The position numbers were made by a program, and so were the translations under genes. Positions 10,448 through 18,920 of a DNA stretch of 37,106 bases are shown piece after piece. This DNA is from Planctomycetota bacterium (GTDB lineage Bacteria > Planctomycetota > B15-G4 > JADJEK01): assembly GCA_044225365.1 (NCBI GenBank), contig JBGAIQ010000052.1, positions 1 through 37,106 of the forward strand, written 5' to 3'. The first letter of the stretch is position 1. Every line of letters begins with the position of its first letter. Under the pieces are notes generated by a model, which saw only the letters and a list, made by a program, of their open reading frames with translations, did not search any database and was not told the origin of the DNA.

Positions 10448-11955
10448 AACTTCTCATCACCGGTGCGACGGGTCGGGTCGGAACGGCGCTCGTCGAGCGG
10501 CTCGCCGGCATCCACTCGCTGCGACTTCTCGCCCACGGCGATCCTGCGGACGTCTCGCGTGCCAAGGAACGCCTGGTCTCCCACTTCGGCGGCGACGTGG
10601 GCGCTCGAATCGAATCGGGCGAGATCGAGGTCGAATGCGGCGATCTCGAGCTTCCCGGACTCGGGCTCGACTCGAAACAGCGCCGCGAACTCTCGCACGA
10701 CGTCGATGGCATCCTCCATCTCGCTGCACTCACGGACTTCGAGGATCCGGGCGACGATCGCCATCATCGCGTGAACGTCGGCGGCGCCCTCGAAATCGCT
10801 CGGCTCGCTGCTGCGAATTGCAAGCCGATCCCGTTGCTGCTCGTATCGACGGCCTACGTCTCGGGCGATCACGACGGCGAATTCGCGGAGACCGACCGCG
10901 ATGTCGGCCAGGGCTTCCACAATCCCTACGAGCGCTCGAAGCTCGCGGCCGAACATGCGGTGATCGAGTTCGCGCGGCGCTCCAACGTGCCGTGCTCGAT
11001 CTTTCGACTCGGGGTCGTGATGCCCGACGCGCCGCGCGCGGGTCTCGCGACCGGCCCGGGCCCGCTCGTCTTCCTCGAATTCCTCGCCGGTCTCGAAGGA
11101 CGCGGGGTGAAGCGCACGGGCAGCATTCGCTACACGGGCGACGTCGCCGCGACGCTCAACATGGTCTCGCTCGAAGCCACCGTCGAAGTGCTCGCGCGCG
11201 CTGCGGCGCGAATGGGCAGTCTGTCGGGTGTGTACCACGTGACCGCCCGGCGGCCGACCAGCATCGGACGGATCGCGAAGCTCGTGAACGAGCAGATCCC
11301 CACGCTCGAGATCGCTCTCGTCCCGACGAAATCACTCGACGATCCCGCGGGAGCCGACCGCCCCGATCGTATCGAAAAGATGCTCGCTCGCCATTGCCGC
11401 CCGTACGCGCCGTATCTGTTCGCATACACGGTCCACCGCCGCGAGCGACTCGATCGCGACGTCGATCTCTCGAACATCGACCTCGAACTCGACGAAGCCG
11501 CACTGCGGCGGATCTTCGCGGTGCACGTCGCGGCATGGCGCGGCACGCGGCGCAGCGGCAAGGGCTCCGCGCAACTGCAGTTGCTCGCGAATTCCATCGA
11601 GGAGTACTTCGGCACGTTCCTCCCGCCGCGGATGGGAGCACGACTCGTCCCCGGGCTGGAGTCGCTGACCGCGGACTTCACCGTGAGCGTGCCGCGCGTC
11701 GGCATCTACCGATTGCGAATCGTCCAGGGCATCCTCGATCGCGTCGAACGCGCGGATCGGCCATCGAGCGATATCGACTACGAGAGCGACGCCTCGTCGT
11801 TCCTGGAGGCCGTGCGCGGCGAGGTTCGCCCGTCCGAGTTGTTCTTCCAACGTCGCGTGACGATCCGCGGCGATCTGTATCGAGCGTTGTCGACCGCGAC
11901 CGCCCTCGAGGACTTCTTCGCGCTGCATCCCTTCGCGCAATCGCGTCCGGCTTGA
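10444..11955 (+). CDS. Extended SDR (thioester/fatty-acyl reductase-like, NAD_binding_4) fused to C-terminal SCP2 lipid-binding domain
   Basis: Rossmann motif LITGATGRVG, plus HLAA, VNVGG, VSTAYVSG and catalytic YERSK. The C-terminal FLEAVRGEVRPSELFFQRRVTIRGDL is SCP2-like. Confidence 0.85.
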   Translation: MKLLITGATGRVGTALVERLAGIHSLRLLAHGDPADVSRAKERLVSHFGGDVGARIESGEIEVECGDLELPGLGLDSKQRRELSHDVDGILHLAALTDFEDPGDDRHHRVNVGGALEIARLAAANCKPIPLLLVSTAYVSGDHDGEFAETDRDVGQGFHNPYERSKLAAEHAVIEFARRSNVPCSIFRLGVVMPDAPRAGLATGPGPLVFLEFLAGLEGRGVKRTGSIRYTGDVAATLNMVSLEATVEVLARAAARMGSLSGVYHVTARRPTSIGRIAKLVNEQIPTLEIALVPTKSLDDPAGADRPDRIEKMLARHCRPYAPYLFAYTVHRRERLDRDVDLSNIDLELDEAALRRIFAVHVAAWRGTRRSGKGSAQLQLLANSIEEYFGTFLPPRMGARLVPGLESLTADFTVSVPRVGIYRLRIVQGILDRVERADRPSSDIDYESDASSFLEAVRGEVRPSELFFQRRVTIRGDLYRALSTATALEDFFALHPFAQSRPA

Positions 11956-11989
11956 CCTCTTCGCGGAATCCGGCATCGAGCTCCCGATC

Positions 11990-13483
11990 ATGACGACGAC
12001 GATCCCCACCTCTCCCTCCTCCCCGACCTCGAGTTCGACGAGTGCGGGAACCGGCAGCCTCGTCCAGCTTCGCGAAGTGCCGAACCTGCCGGCGGCCACC
12101 TTGCGCGCCTGGCACGAACAACATCTCAACGCCGAGTTGATCCAGTTGCTTCGTCTCGGCGGCTTCGATCAGTTCGAGGTCGTGAAGGCCAAGGGACCGT
12201 ATCTCTACACGCGCGACGGCAAGCGGCTCCTCGATCTCGTCTCGTCGTACGCGGGCCTGAACCACGGCCACAATCATCCGCGCGTCCTCGCCGCGACGGC
12301 CTGGTTCGACGAGCAACAGGCGCCCGACCTCATCAAGGAGTTCCCTTCGCCCTACGCCGCGGCGCTCGCGCACAACCTCACCGCGCTCACGCCGCAGGGA
12401 CTCGACACGGTGTTCTTCTGCAATTCCGGCACGGAGGCCGTCGAAGGCGCACTCAAGCTCGCACTGCGCAGCTTCCAGGGAAAACGCGACCGCGTCGTGT
12501 ACGCCGAGAACTCGCTGCATGGCAAGACGCTGGGGTCGCTCTCCGTCACGGGCCGCGAGAAGTACCGTGCGAGCGTGCCGCGGTTCCACGACTGGCCGAT
12601 GGTTCCGTTCGGCGACGTCGCGGCACTAAAAGCCGTGTTCGCGGCCGACACCGAGTCGCGCATCGCGGCGCTGATCCTCGAGCCGATCCAGGGTGAAGGC
12701 GGCGTGAACGTACCGCCTCCGGGCTACCTCGAAGCCGCGCGGCGGATCGCGCACGATCACGGCGCGCTGCTGATCTTCGACGAGATCCAGACCGGCTTCG
12801 GTCGAACGGGCACGCTCTTCCGCTGCCAGGCAGAGAACGTGACTCCCGACATCCTGTGCGTCGCGAAGAGCCTCGGCGGCGGCGTGGCGACGATCGGAGC
12901 GACGATCGCCAAGTCGGCGATTCGCCGCCGCGCCTACGGCAGCATCCGCGATTGCCTCGTCCACACCTCGACGTTCGGCGGTCGCTCGCGCGCCTGCGCC
13001 GTCGCCATCGAAGCACTGAACGTGATCGTCGAGGAGGACTTCGCGGGACGCTCGCGCGAACTCGGTTCGTGGTTGAAGAACGAGCTCGAGGCCGTGGCCG
13101 CCCGTCATCCGGGTCGCATCCGAGCCGTTCGCGGCGAGGGTCTGATGCTGGGGATCGAATTCGAGATCCCGAAGCTGACCGGCCTCGCTTCCGCATTCGG
13201 CGCGCTCGGACTCAATCGAATCGTCGACGAGTACTACCCTGGTATCGTCGGCGCTGAACTGCTCCATCGCCACGGAATCGTGGCGTCGTTCGTCCTCAAT
13301 CATCCGCGCGTGCTGCGCATCTACCCCGCGGTCGTCGCGACTCGCGCGGATCTCGAAGTGATCCCGCGCGCGCTCGACGCCGTCCTTGCGCGCAGCGTGA
13401 ACGATCTCGTCCGCGATCGCGTGACGGATGCGGCGGGCCGACTCGGCGCCGAACCCCTCACGAAGTGGCTGAAGGACAGTTGA
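11990..13483 (+). CDS. Class III PLP-dependent aminotransferase (PatA/HpnO-like branch)
   Basis: Motifs GHNHP, FCNSGTEAVE, HGKT, EPIQGEGG, DEIQTGFGRTG, PDILCVAKSLGGG (PLP lysine) and HTSTFGG. Confidence 0.9.
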   Translation: MTTTIPTSPSSPTSSSTSAGTGSLVQLREVPNLPAATLRAWHEQHLNAELIQLLRLGGFDQFEVVKAKGPYLYTRDGKRLLDLVSSYAGLNHGHNHPRVLAATAWFDEQQAPDLIKEFPSPYAAALAHNLTALTPQGLDTVFFCNSGTEAVEGALKLALRSFQGKRDRVVYAENSLHGKTLGSLSVTGREKYRASVPRFHDWPMVPFGDVAALKAVFAADTESRIAALILEPIQGEGGVNVPPPGYLEAARRIAHDHGALLIFDEIQTGFGRTGTLFRCQAENVTPDILCVAKSLGGGVATIGATIAKSAIRRRAYGSIRDCLVHTSTFGGRSRACAVAIEALNVIVEEDFAGRSRELGSWLKNELEAVAARHPGRIRAVRGEGLMLGIEFEIPKLTGLASAFGALGLNRIVDEYYPGIVGAELLHRHGIVASFVLNHPRVLRIYPAVVATRADLEVIPRALDAVLARSVNDLVRDRVTDAAGRLGAEPLTKWLKDS

Positions 13484-13485
13484 TC

Positions 13486-14652
13486 ATGCCTTCGCAACTC
13501 GACTCGATTCCAGGGCGAGACGAAGCCGATGCGGCGCGCCGCACGATCGTCTGCACCGGCACGCCGCGCAAGGCGTCGGTCGCGAATGCTCGACTCGAAG
13601 AAGTGCTCGCGCTCCATTTCGACGAGCGCAAGGGCTCGAAGTTCTGGCTCGAACGCCGTCGCGAACTCGGGTTCGACCCACGCCGCGAGATCCGCGATGT
13701 GAGCGAGCTCCCGCGCCTCGGCGAGTTCGACCGCAGGTGGCTGCTCGAGCGGCCGCTCTATGACTTCATCCCGCGTGCGATCCACGAGACGCAACGCACC
13801 GAACTGATCCTCGCGGAGACCGGCGGAACCACGGGACGGCCCGTTCGCGCGGTGTTCACTCCGGAGGAATTCGTCGAGGCGTTCGGCACGCCGTTCACCA
13901 CGGTGAGCACTTCACGCGGCTTCCCATTCGGCGGCACGTGGCTCTTTCTCGGTCCGTCGGGCCCGCACGTCATCGGTCAAGCGGCGCGCCTGCTCGCGCG
14001 ATTGCACGGTTCGCTCGAGCCGTTCTCCGTCGATCTCGATCCCCGGCACGCGCGAGCCCAGGAGCCGGGTTCGCTCGGAGAGAAGCTCTATCGCGCCCAC
14101 GTCGTCGACCAGGCGCTCGACGTCCTCGCCCGGGAACCGATCGACGTGCTCTTCGCGACACCGCCCGTCGCGCTCGCGCTCGCCGATGCGCTCGATGCCG
14201 AACGACGAGTCGCCATCCTCGGAATCCATCTCGGCGGGATGGCCGTCGATCCCGCCCAGCGTGCTCGCCTGCGCGAGGCATTTCCATCGGCGTCGATCCT
14301 GCCCGCGTACGGCAATGCGCTGTTCGGGATCCTGCCGGAGCCGAAGGAACCGGATTGGCGCGCCGGCGAAACCGGTATCGACTACTACCCGCTCGACTCG
14401 CGGCTGCACGTCGACGTGGCCGCGCAGGAGAACGACAGCGTCGACATCACACGGTCCGTGAAGGCGGGCGAGAGCGGGCGCGTCGTCCTCTCCCGCATCG
14501 ACCGCTCGTTCTTCCTGCCGAACGTCGTCGAACGCGACGTCGCGACGAAGATCGTCGCATCTGACGCCCTGCGCGAACGCGGGTTCGGCCCGACCGGATT
14601 GCGCAACCCGAGGCCATTCGTCGCCGCTCAGGCGAATCGAGGGCTGTACTGA
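13486..14652 (+). CDS. EhpF-like / phenylacetate-CoA-ligase-like adenylate-forming enzyme (ANL superfamily, N-terminal domain only)
   Basis: ATG at 13486, 2 bp after the upstream stop. The N-terminal HFDERKGSKFWL...LGFDPRREI resembles EhpF-type proteins. P-loop ETGGTTGRP, YGN and NVVERD are present, and there is no C-terminal lid domain. Confidence 0.75.
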   Translation: MPSQLDSIPGRDEADAARRTIVCTGTPRKASVANARLEEVLALHFDERKGSKFWLERRRELGFDPRREIRDVSELPRLGEFDRRWLLERPLYDFIPRAIHETQRTELILAETGGTTGRPVRAVFTPEEFVEAFGTPFTTVSTSRGFPFGGTWLFLGPSGPHVIGQAARLLARLHGSLEPFSVDLDPRHARAQEPGSLGEKLYRAHVVDQALDVLAREPIDVLFATPPVALALADALDAERRVAILGIHLGGMAVDPAQRARLREAFPSASILPAYGNALFGILPEPKEPDWRAGETGIDYYPLDSRLHVDVAAQENDSVDITRSVKAGESGRVVLSRIDRSFFLPNVVERDVATKIVASDALRERGFGPTGLRNPRPFVAAQANRGLY

Positions 14653-15371
14653 TGTCCGAAGCGGGTGCGCGCGAACTCGAGCCGAACACCCATACTCACC
14701 GCATCGTGCCGGTCCGTCCCGGCGAGCGGCTGGAGTTTGCGGTCACCTACGGCGAACCCACGCGTGCAAGCGGCGCACTGCTCTGTTCGCCACAGCCGTT
14801 CCTCGGCGGCGATCTCGACAACAACGTCGTGCGCGCCATCGCGAATCGTCTCGCCACGGGGGGCCGTCCCGTCCTGCGCTTCAACTATCGCGCGGTCGGC
14901 AAGAGCCTCGATGTCACCGCGGGCCGCTCGCGGTACGACTACTGGAAGGCCGTCGAGGAACAGCAGGAGTTCGCCCCCGTCCTCGAGGATTGCGCATCGG
15001 CGTTGCTGCGATCGCGCGCCCTGTTCGATGTCGGGATCGTCGGCGGGTACAGCTTCGGCGCGTTCGCCGCGATGCGGCTCTGCATGGACGCTCGGATCGC
15101 ACCGCCGCTCGTGCTCGTCGCGCCGCCGCTCGCGAAACTCGATTTCTCCCCGCTCGAAGGACTCGGCTCAGGCTTCCGCCGCATCCTGATGATCTTCGCG
15201 GAGAAGGATGCACTCGATCCCACGCCCCCGCTCTCCGAGCTCGAGGCGCGTTTTCCCCGCGCGACGATCCACGTGCTGCGCGACGCCGACCACTTCTTCC
15301 GCGGGGACGAGTCGAGCGTCGGATCGATCGTCGCGGAATTCGCCGCGTCGAGTTGCGAGGTCGCGCCGTGA
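14652..15371 (+). CDS. Alpha/beta-fold hydrolase (COG2945-like)
   Basis: TGATG coupling. Motifs PQPFLGGDLDNNVV, LRFNYRAVG, nucleophile elbow GYSFG, acid (EKD) and histidine (ADHFF). Confidence 0.85.
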   Translation: MSEAGARELEPNTHTHRIVPVRPGERLEFAVTYGEPTRASGALLCSPQPFLGGDLDNNVVRAIANRLATGGRPVLRFNYRAVGKSLDVTAGRSRYDYWKAVEEQQEFAPVLEDCASALLRSRALFDVGIVGGYSFGAFAAMRLCMDARIAPPLVLVAPPLAKLDFSPLEGLGSGFRRILMIFAEKDALDPTPPLSELEARFPRATIHVLRDADHFFRGDESSVGSIVAEFAASSCEVAP

Positions 15372-16387
15372 CGAACTCGCGCCGGAGCTCCGCGACGGGA
15401 CTCGCGCTCGCCCTCGGCCTCGCGGCGATCGCCTTGCAGTCGTGCTTCCTCAGCCCCTACGGCTACCTCACGGAAGTCGACACACGAACGCGGTCGCCCA
15501 AGTCCGAGGATTGCGGCGGTTGCCACGTCGAGATCTATCGCGAGTTCAAGGCCTCGCGTCATGCGACGAGCTTCGTCGACCCGCAGTTCATGGATGCCAC
15601 CGCCGGGCATGCCTTCACCAACTGCCTCGGTTGCCACGCTCCGGAAACGATCTATTCCGAGGGCGAGCCGAAGCTTCGCGACGCGTTCCGCGAAGAGGGC
15701 GTCAACTGCGTCGCGTGTCACTTCGACAAGGACGTGCTCGCCGGTCCCGCACCCCGATCCGCGTTGATGGATCCCCACCCGGTCGCCGCCGAGCGGCAGA
15801 TGTATCGCAGCGCCGAGTTGTGCGGCAAATGCCACGTCGGCACGTTCAAGGAGTGGCAGGAAGCGAACGCGGCCGCGACTTCGTCGGTGAAGACGTGCCA
15901 GGAATGCCACATGAAGGCCGCGAAACGAACTCTCACCCAGGCCACGGATACGTTTTCGAAGGTCCTCGTCTCCTTCGAGGACGAGTTCGCCGGGCGCTCG
16001 CACACCTTCGAAGTCGACGCGATCGCGGGGATCGAGGACGCTTTCGAAGTGACGGCGGCCGTCGAATCGGATGGCGCCGCGGAGAATCCGGAGCGCAAGG
16101 TCGTCGCCATCCGCCTGACGAGCAAGGTGCCGCACCTCGTGCCGACCGGGGATTTCGGATTCCGTCGCGTGACGATGCAGTTCGAAGCCTCGAACGCCGC
16201 CGGAGACGTCGTCGCGACGCACTCCGAGGATCTGTTCAAGGAGATGAAGAACGTCGTCTCGAGCTCGAAGCCCCGCGAGTTCCATCTCGAATGCCCCGTG
16301 GCCGCGACGCAGTTGAGGATCGTTCTCTCGACCGGCAAACGCGAGGGCGCACGCGTCGTCGTCTTCGAGCGGAGGTTGTCGCTATGA
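15368..16387 (+). CDS. Pentaheme c-type cytochrome lipoprotein (cytochrome c554/c552-like)
   Basis: GTG start overlapping the upstream TGA, and lipobox LQSC. Five CxxCH motifs (CGGCH, CLGCH, CVACH, CGKCH, CQECH). C-terminal beta domain containing PHLVPTGD. Confidence 0.9.
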   Translation: MTNSRRSSATGLALALGLAAIALQSCFLSPYGYLTEVDTRTRSPKSEDCGGCHVEIYREFKASRHATSFVDPQFMDATAGHAFTNCLGCHAPETIYSEGEPKLRDAFREEGVNCVACHFDKDVLAGPAPRSALMDPHPVAAERQMYRSAELCGKCHVGTFKEWQEANAAATSSVKTCQECHMKAAKRTLTQATDTFSKVLVSFEDEFAGRSHTFEVDAIAGIEDAFEVTAAVESDGAAENPERKVVAIRLTSKVPHLVPTGDFGFRRVTMQFEASNAAGDVVATHSEDLFKEMKNVVSSSKPREFHLECPVAATQLRIVLSTGKREGARVVVFERRLSL

Positions 16388-17022
16388 ACGCGCTTCCGAC
16401 CCGCGAGACCGTGGTCCGGTTCAATGCGACGGAACGGGCCTATCACTGGGCGCAAGCGATTCCTTATCTCGTGCTGCTCGTGACCGGCGCGCTTCAATTG
16501 CTGGAACGGAAGGCTGGCGTTCATCTCGTCGAACTGGAATCGCTCGTCCTCACCCACAAGATCGCCGGTGTCGCATTGCCCGTCGGGATGTTCCTCGTAT
16601 TCCTCGGCGGCGACCGGAAGGTCCTGCTAACGAACGCCGCGATCGCATTGCACTGGCGCCTCGAGGACGTCCGCTGGCTCCTGATCGTGCCGGTGCACCG
16701 CCTCCTCGATCTCCGCCTGCCGCCGTCCGGAAAGTTCAATCCGGGACAGAAGCTGAACCTGCTCGCGCAGCTCGTCCTGATTCCGGTCTTTGCGTTCACG
16801 GGAGCATGGATGTGGTTCCGCGGTGAGGCTCTGCTGCCGTGGTACGTCCACGTCGGCGCCTTCGCCCTCGCGACCCCGCTGATCCTCGGTCACTTGTTCC
16901 TCGCCACGATCAATCCAAGTACGCGACCGGGACTGTCGGGCGTGTTCTCCGGACGAGTGAACGCGAGCTGGGCGCGCCACCACTACGCCAAGGAATACGG
17001 CGGCGAGGAGAAGAAGGCGTGA
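16384..17022 (+). CDS. Di-heme cytochrome b, FdnI (formate dehydrogenase gamma subunit)-like
   Basis: ATGA overlap. Four TM helices with His ligands (RFNATERAYHW, THKIAG, YVHVG, GHLFLA), the family motif GKFNPGQKL and C-terminal WARHHY. Confidence 0.9.
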   Translation: MNALPTRETVVRFNATERAYHWAQAIPYLVLLVTGALQLLERKAGVHLVELESLVLTHKIAGVALPVGMFLVFLGGDRKVLLTNAAIALHWRLEDVRWLLIVPVHRLLDLRLPPSGKFNPGQKLNLLAQLVLIPVFAFTGAWMWFRGEALLPWYVHVGAFALATPLILGHLFLATINPSTRPGLSGVFSGRVNASWARHHYAKEYGGEEKKA

Positions 17023-18920
17023 CTCCGAAACGGCGCGCCGTCGTCACGTCCTTCCTCGCGATCGTCACGATCGCCACCGTCGCGATCGCGGTGCAGCGAA
17101 TCCGGGCGTATTGGCCAGGACTCGAGAAGATCGTGGCGCAGGCGGCGGAGGTCGTGCAGCCGGCCCCCCTCTCGGCGATGCACCAGAACATCCCCGAGCT
17201 GAGCGAGTGCCGCGCGTGTCACGCCACCGCATCTTCGATCGCCGACGAGAAGTGCCTGAAATGCCACTCGGAGATCGGCGAACGGCGGGAAACGAAGCAG
17301 GGCTTCCACGGCAATGGACTCGTCGGTGCCTGCGCGCAGTGCCACAAGGACCACGGCGAGGGACTCATCACCTTCGACCGCGCCTCGTTCAACCATCGCC
17401 AGACGACGTTCCCCCTCGTCGAGCGCCATGCCGAGCTGAAGTGCGAGCAGTGCCACGAGAAGCCCGTGAGCGATTCGCGCCACGAGGGAATGCGATTCGA
17501 CTTCATCGGCCTGAAGCACGATTCGTGCGTCGCATGCCACGACGATCCCCATCACGGCGACCTCGTCGCGAAAGCGAGCGGCGAAGGCGCGGCGAGCGAC
17601 ATCGCAAAGGACCGCTCGTGCTCCTCGTGTCACGATCAGACCGGCTGGACCGGACGGCACATGAGTTTCAGCCACGAGGCGGACTCGTCGTTCAAGCTGC
17701 GCGGCGCGCATGCGAGCCTCGACTGCAAGAAGTGCCACGAGCCGACCGATGCGAAAGCGTCGCTCGCTTCCGCTCCGTTCAAGTCGCTCTCGACGGACTG
17801 CCAGAGCTGCCACGCGGATCCCCATCGCGGAACGCTGCTGACGAACGGCAAGTCGTGCACGTCGTGCCACGACCAGGATTCCTGGACCGGGCGCGACCTG
17901 TCGTTCGACCATTCGCGCGACACGACGTTCAAGCTGCGCGGCAAGCACGCGAGTCTCGAATGTACGGCATGCCACTCGCCCTCGGCACCGGGCGCCGCGC
18001 TCGCGACGGCGGACTTCAAGAACACCGCGACCGGCTGCGCTTCGTGTCACCAGGATCCGCACGCAGGGCAGTTCGAATCGCCCACCACGAACTGCGCGGA
18101 CTGTCATCAGGAGAACGGCTTCAAGGGTTCGGATCTGCTGTTCCGTCACGAGTCGGTGAAGAGCTTCCCGCTCACTGGCGCGCATGCCTCGGTCGCTTGC
18201 GCCGCCTGTCACAAGCCAACCGATGCCTCGAAGAACTCCGCGCTCGGCGCGAGGTTCCGCGGACTCGACACTTCTTGCGCGAGCTGTCACGAGGACCCGC
18301 ATGCAGGGAGTCTCGCTCCGAAGTCATGCACCACATGCCACGACACCGTCGCATGGACGGGGCCGCATCTCGTGTTCGATCATCGATCGAAGGTAACGAG
18401 CGATTTCACGCTCGATGCGGCGCACTCGACACTGTCGTGCGCGTCCTGCCACTCCTCGGTCGTCTTCAAGCCGACTCCCACCGACTGCGCGAAGTGCCAC
18501 GCGACGGAGGCCGCGCACCTCGACGGCAGAGTCGAGATCGCAGGCGAAGCGGCGCAATGGACGCCTTCACCGCACGCCGGAATCCTGAAGTGCACCGACT
18601 GCCACGACACGACCGCTCCGAACGAGCACATCGAGGACATCGCGACTCGCTGCGCGAAGTGCCATACGCAACACTATGCGACGCTGCTGCTCGAGCAGCG
18701 AGCTCATCTCGGTTCGATCGTCGGAGCGGCCCGCGAGAAGTTGTCCCAGGGCGCCTCCCCCACCGACGAGACCGCTGCGAAGCGGCGAGCAATCCTCGAT
18801 GCCGCGTTGAAGGTGAGCGCGCACGATTACCTGCCGGCGGAGCAGCAGGCGCGTGCGGTCCTCGAATCGCTGAGCGACTCGAAGGATCAACCGCCGGGAT
18901 CGAAGAGCGGCGGTGGCTGA
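17019..18920 (+). CDS. Membrane-anchored 19-heme c-type cytochrome
   Basis: GTG start at 17019 overlapping the upstream TGA, and an N-terminal TM/signal segment. I counted 19 CxxCH motifs in ~633 aa, arranged as repeated tri-heme modules. Confidence 0.92.
   Translation: MTPKRRAVVTSFLAIVTIATVAIAVQRIRAYWPGLEKIVAQAAEVVQPAPLSAMHQNIPELSECRACHATASSIADEKCLKCHSEIGERRETKQGFHGNGLVGACAQCHKDHGEGLITFDRASFNHRQTTFPLVERHAELKCEQCHEKPVSDSRHEGMRFDFIGLKHDSCVACHDDPHHGDLVAKASGEGAASDIAKDRSCSSCHDQTGWTGRHMSFSHEADSSFKLRGAHASLDCKKCHEPTDAKASLASAPFKSLSTDCQSCHADPHRGTLLTNGKSCTSCHDQDSWTGRDLSFDHSRDTTFKLRGKHASLECTACHSPSAPGAALATADFKNTATGCASCHQDPHAGQFESPTTNCADCHQENGFKGSDLLFRHESVKSFPLTGAHASVACAACHKPTDASKNSALGARFRGLDTSCASCHEDPHAGSLAPKSCTTCHDTVAWTGPHLVFDHRSKVTSDFTLDAAHSTLSCASCHSSVVFKPTPTDCAKCHATEAAHLDGRVEIAGEAAQWTPSPHAGILKCTDCHDTTAPNEHIEDIATRCAKCHTQHYATLLLEQRAHLGSIVGAAREKLSQGASPTDETAAKRRAILDAALKVSAHDYLPAEQQARAVLESLSDSKDQPPGSKSGGG

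Noticed and set aside
8260-18920. Complete phenazine, NRPS/PKS, formate dehydrogenase or anammox hydrazine-synthase cluster
   Set aside because: No phz core genes, carrier/condensation/ketosynthase domains, molybdopterin subunit or hydrazine-synthase-like subunits are recognisable in the window.
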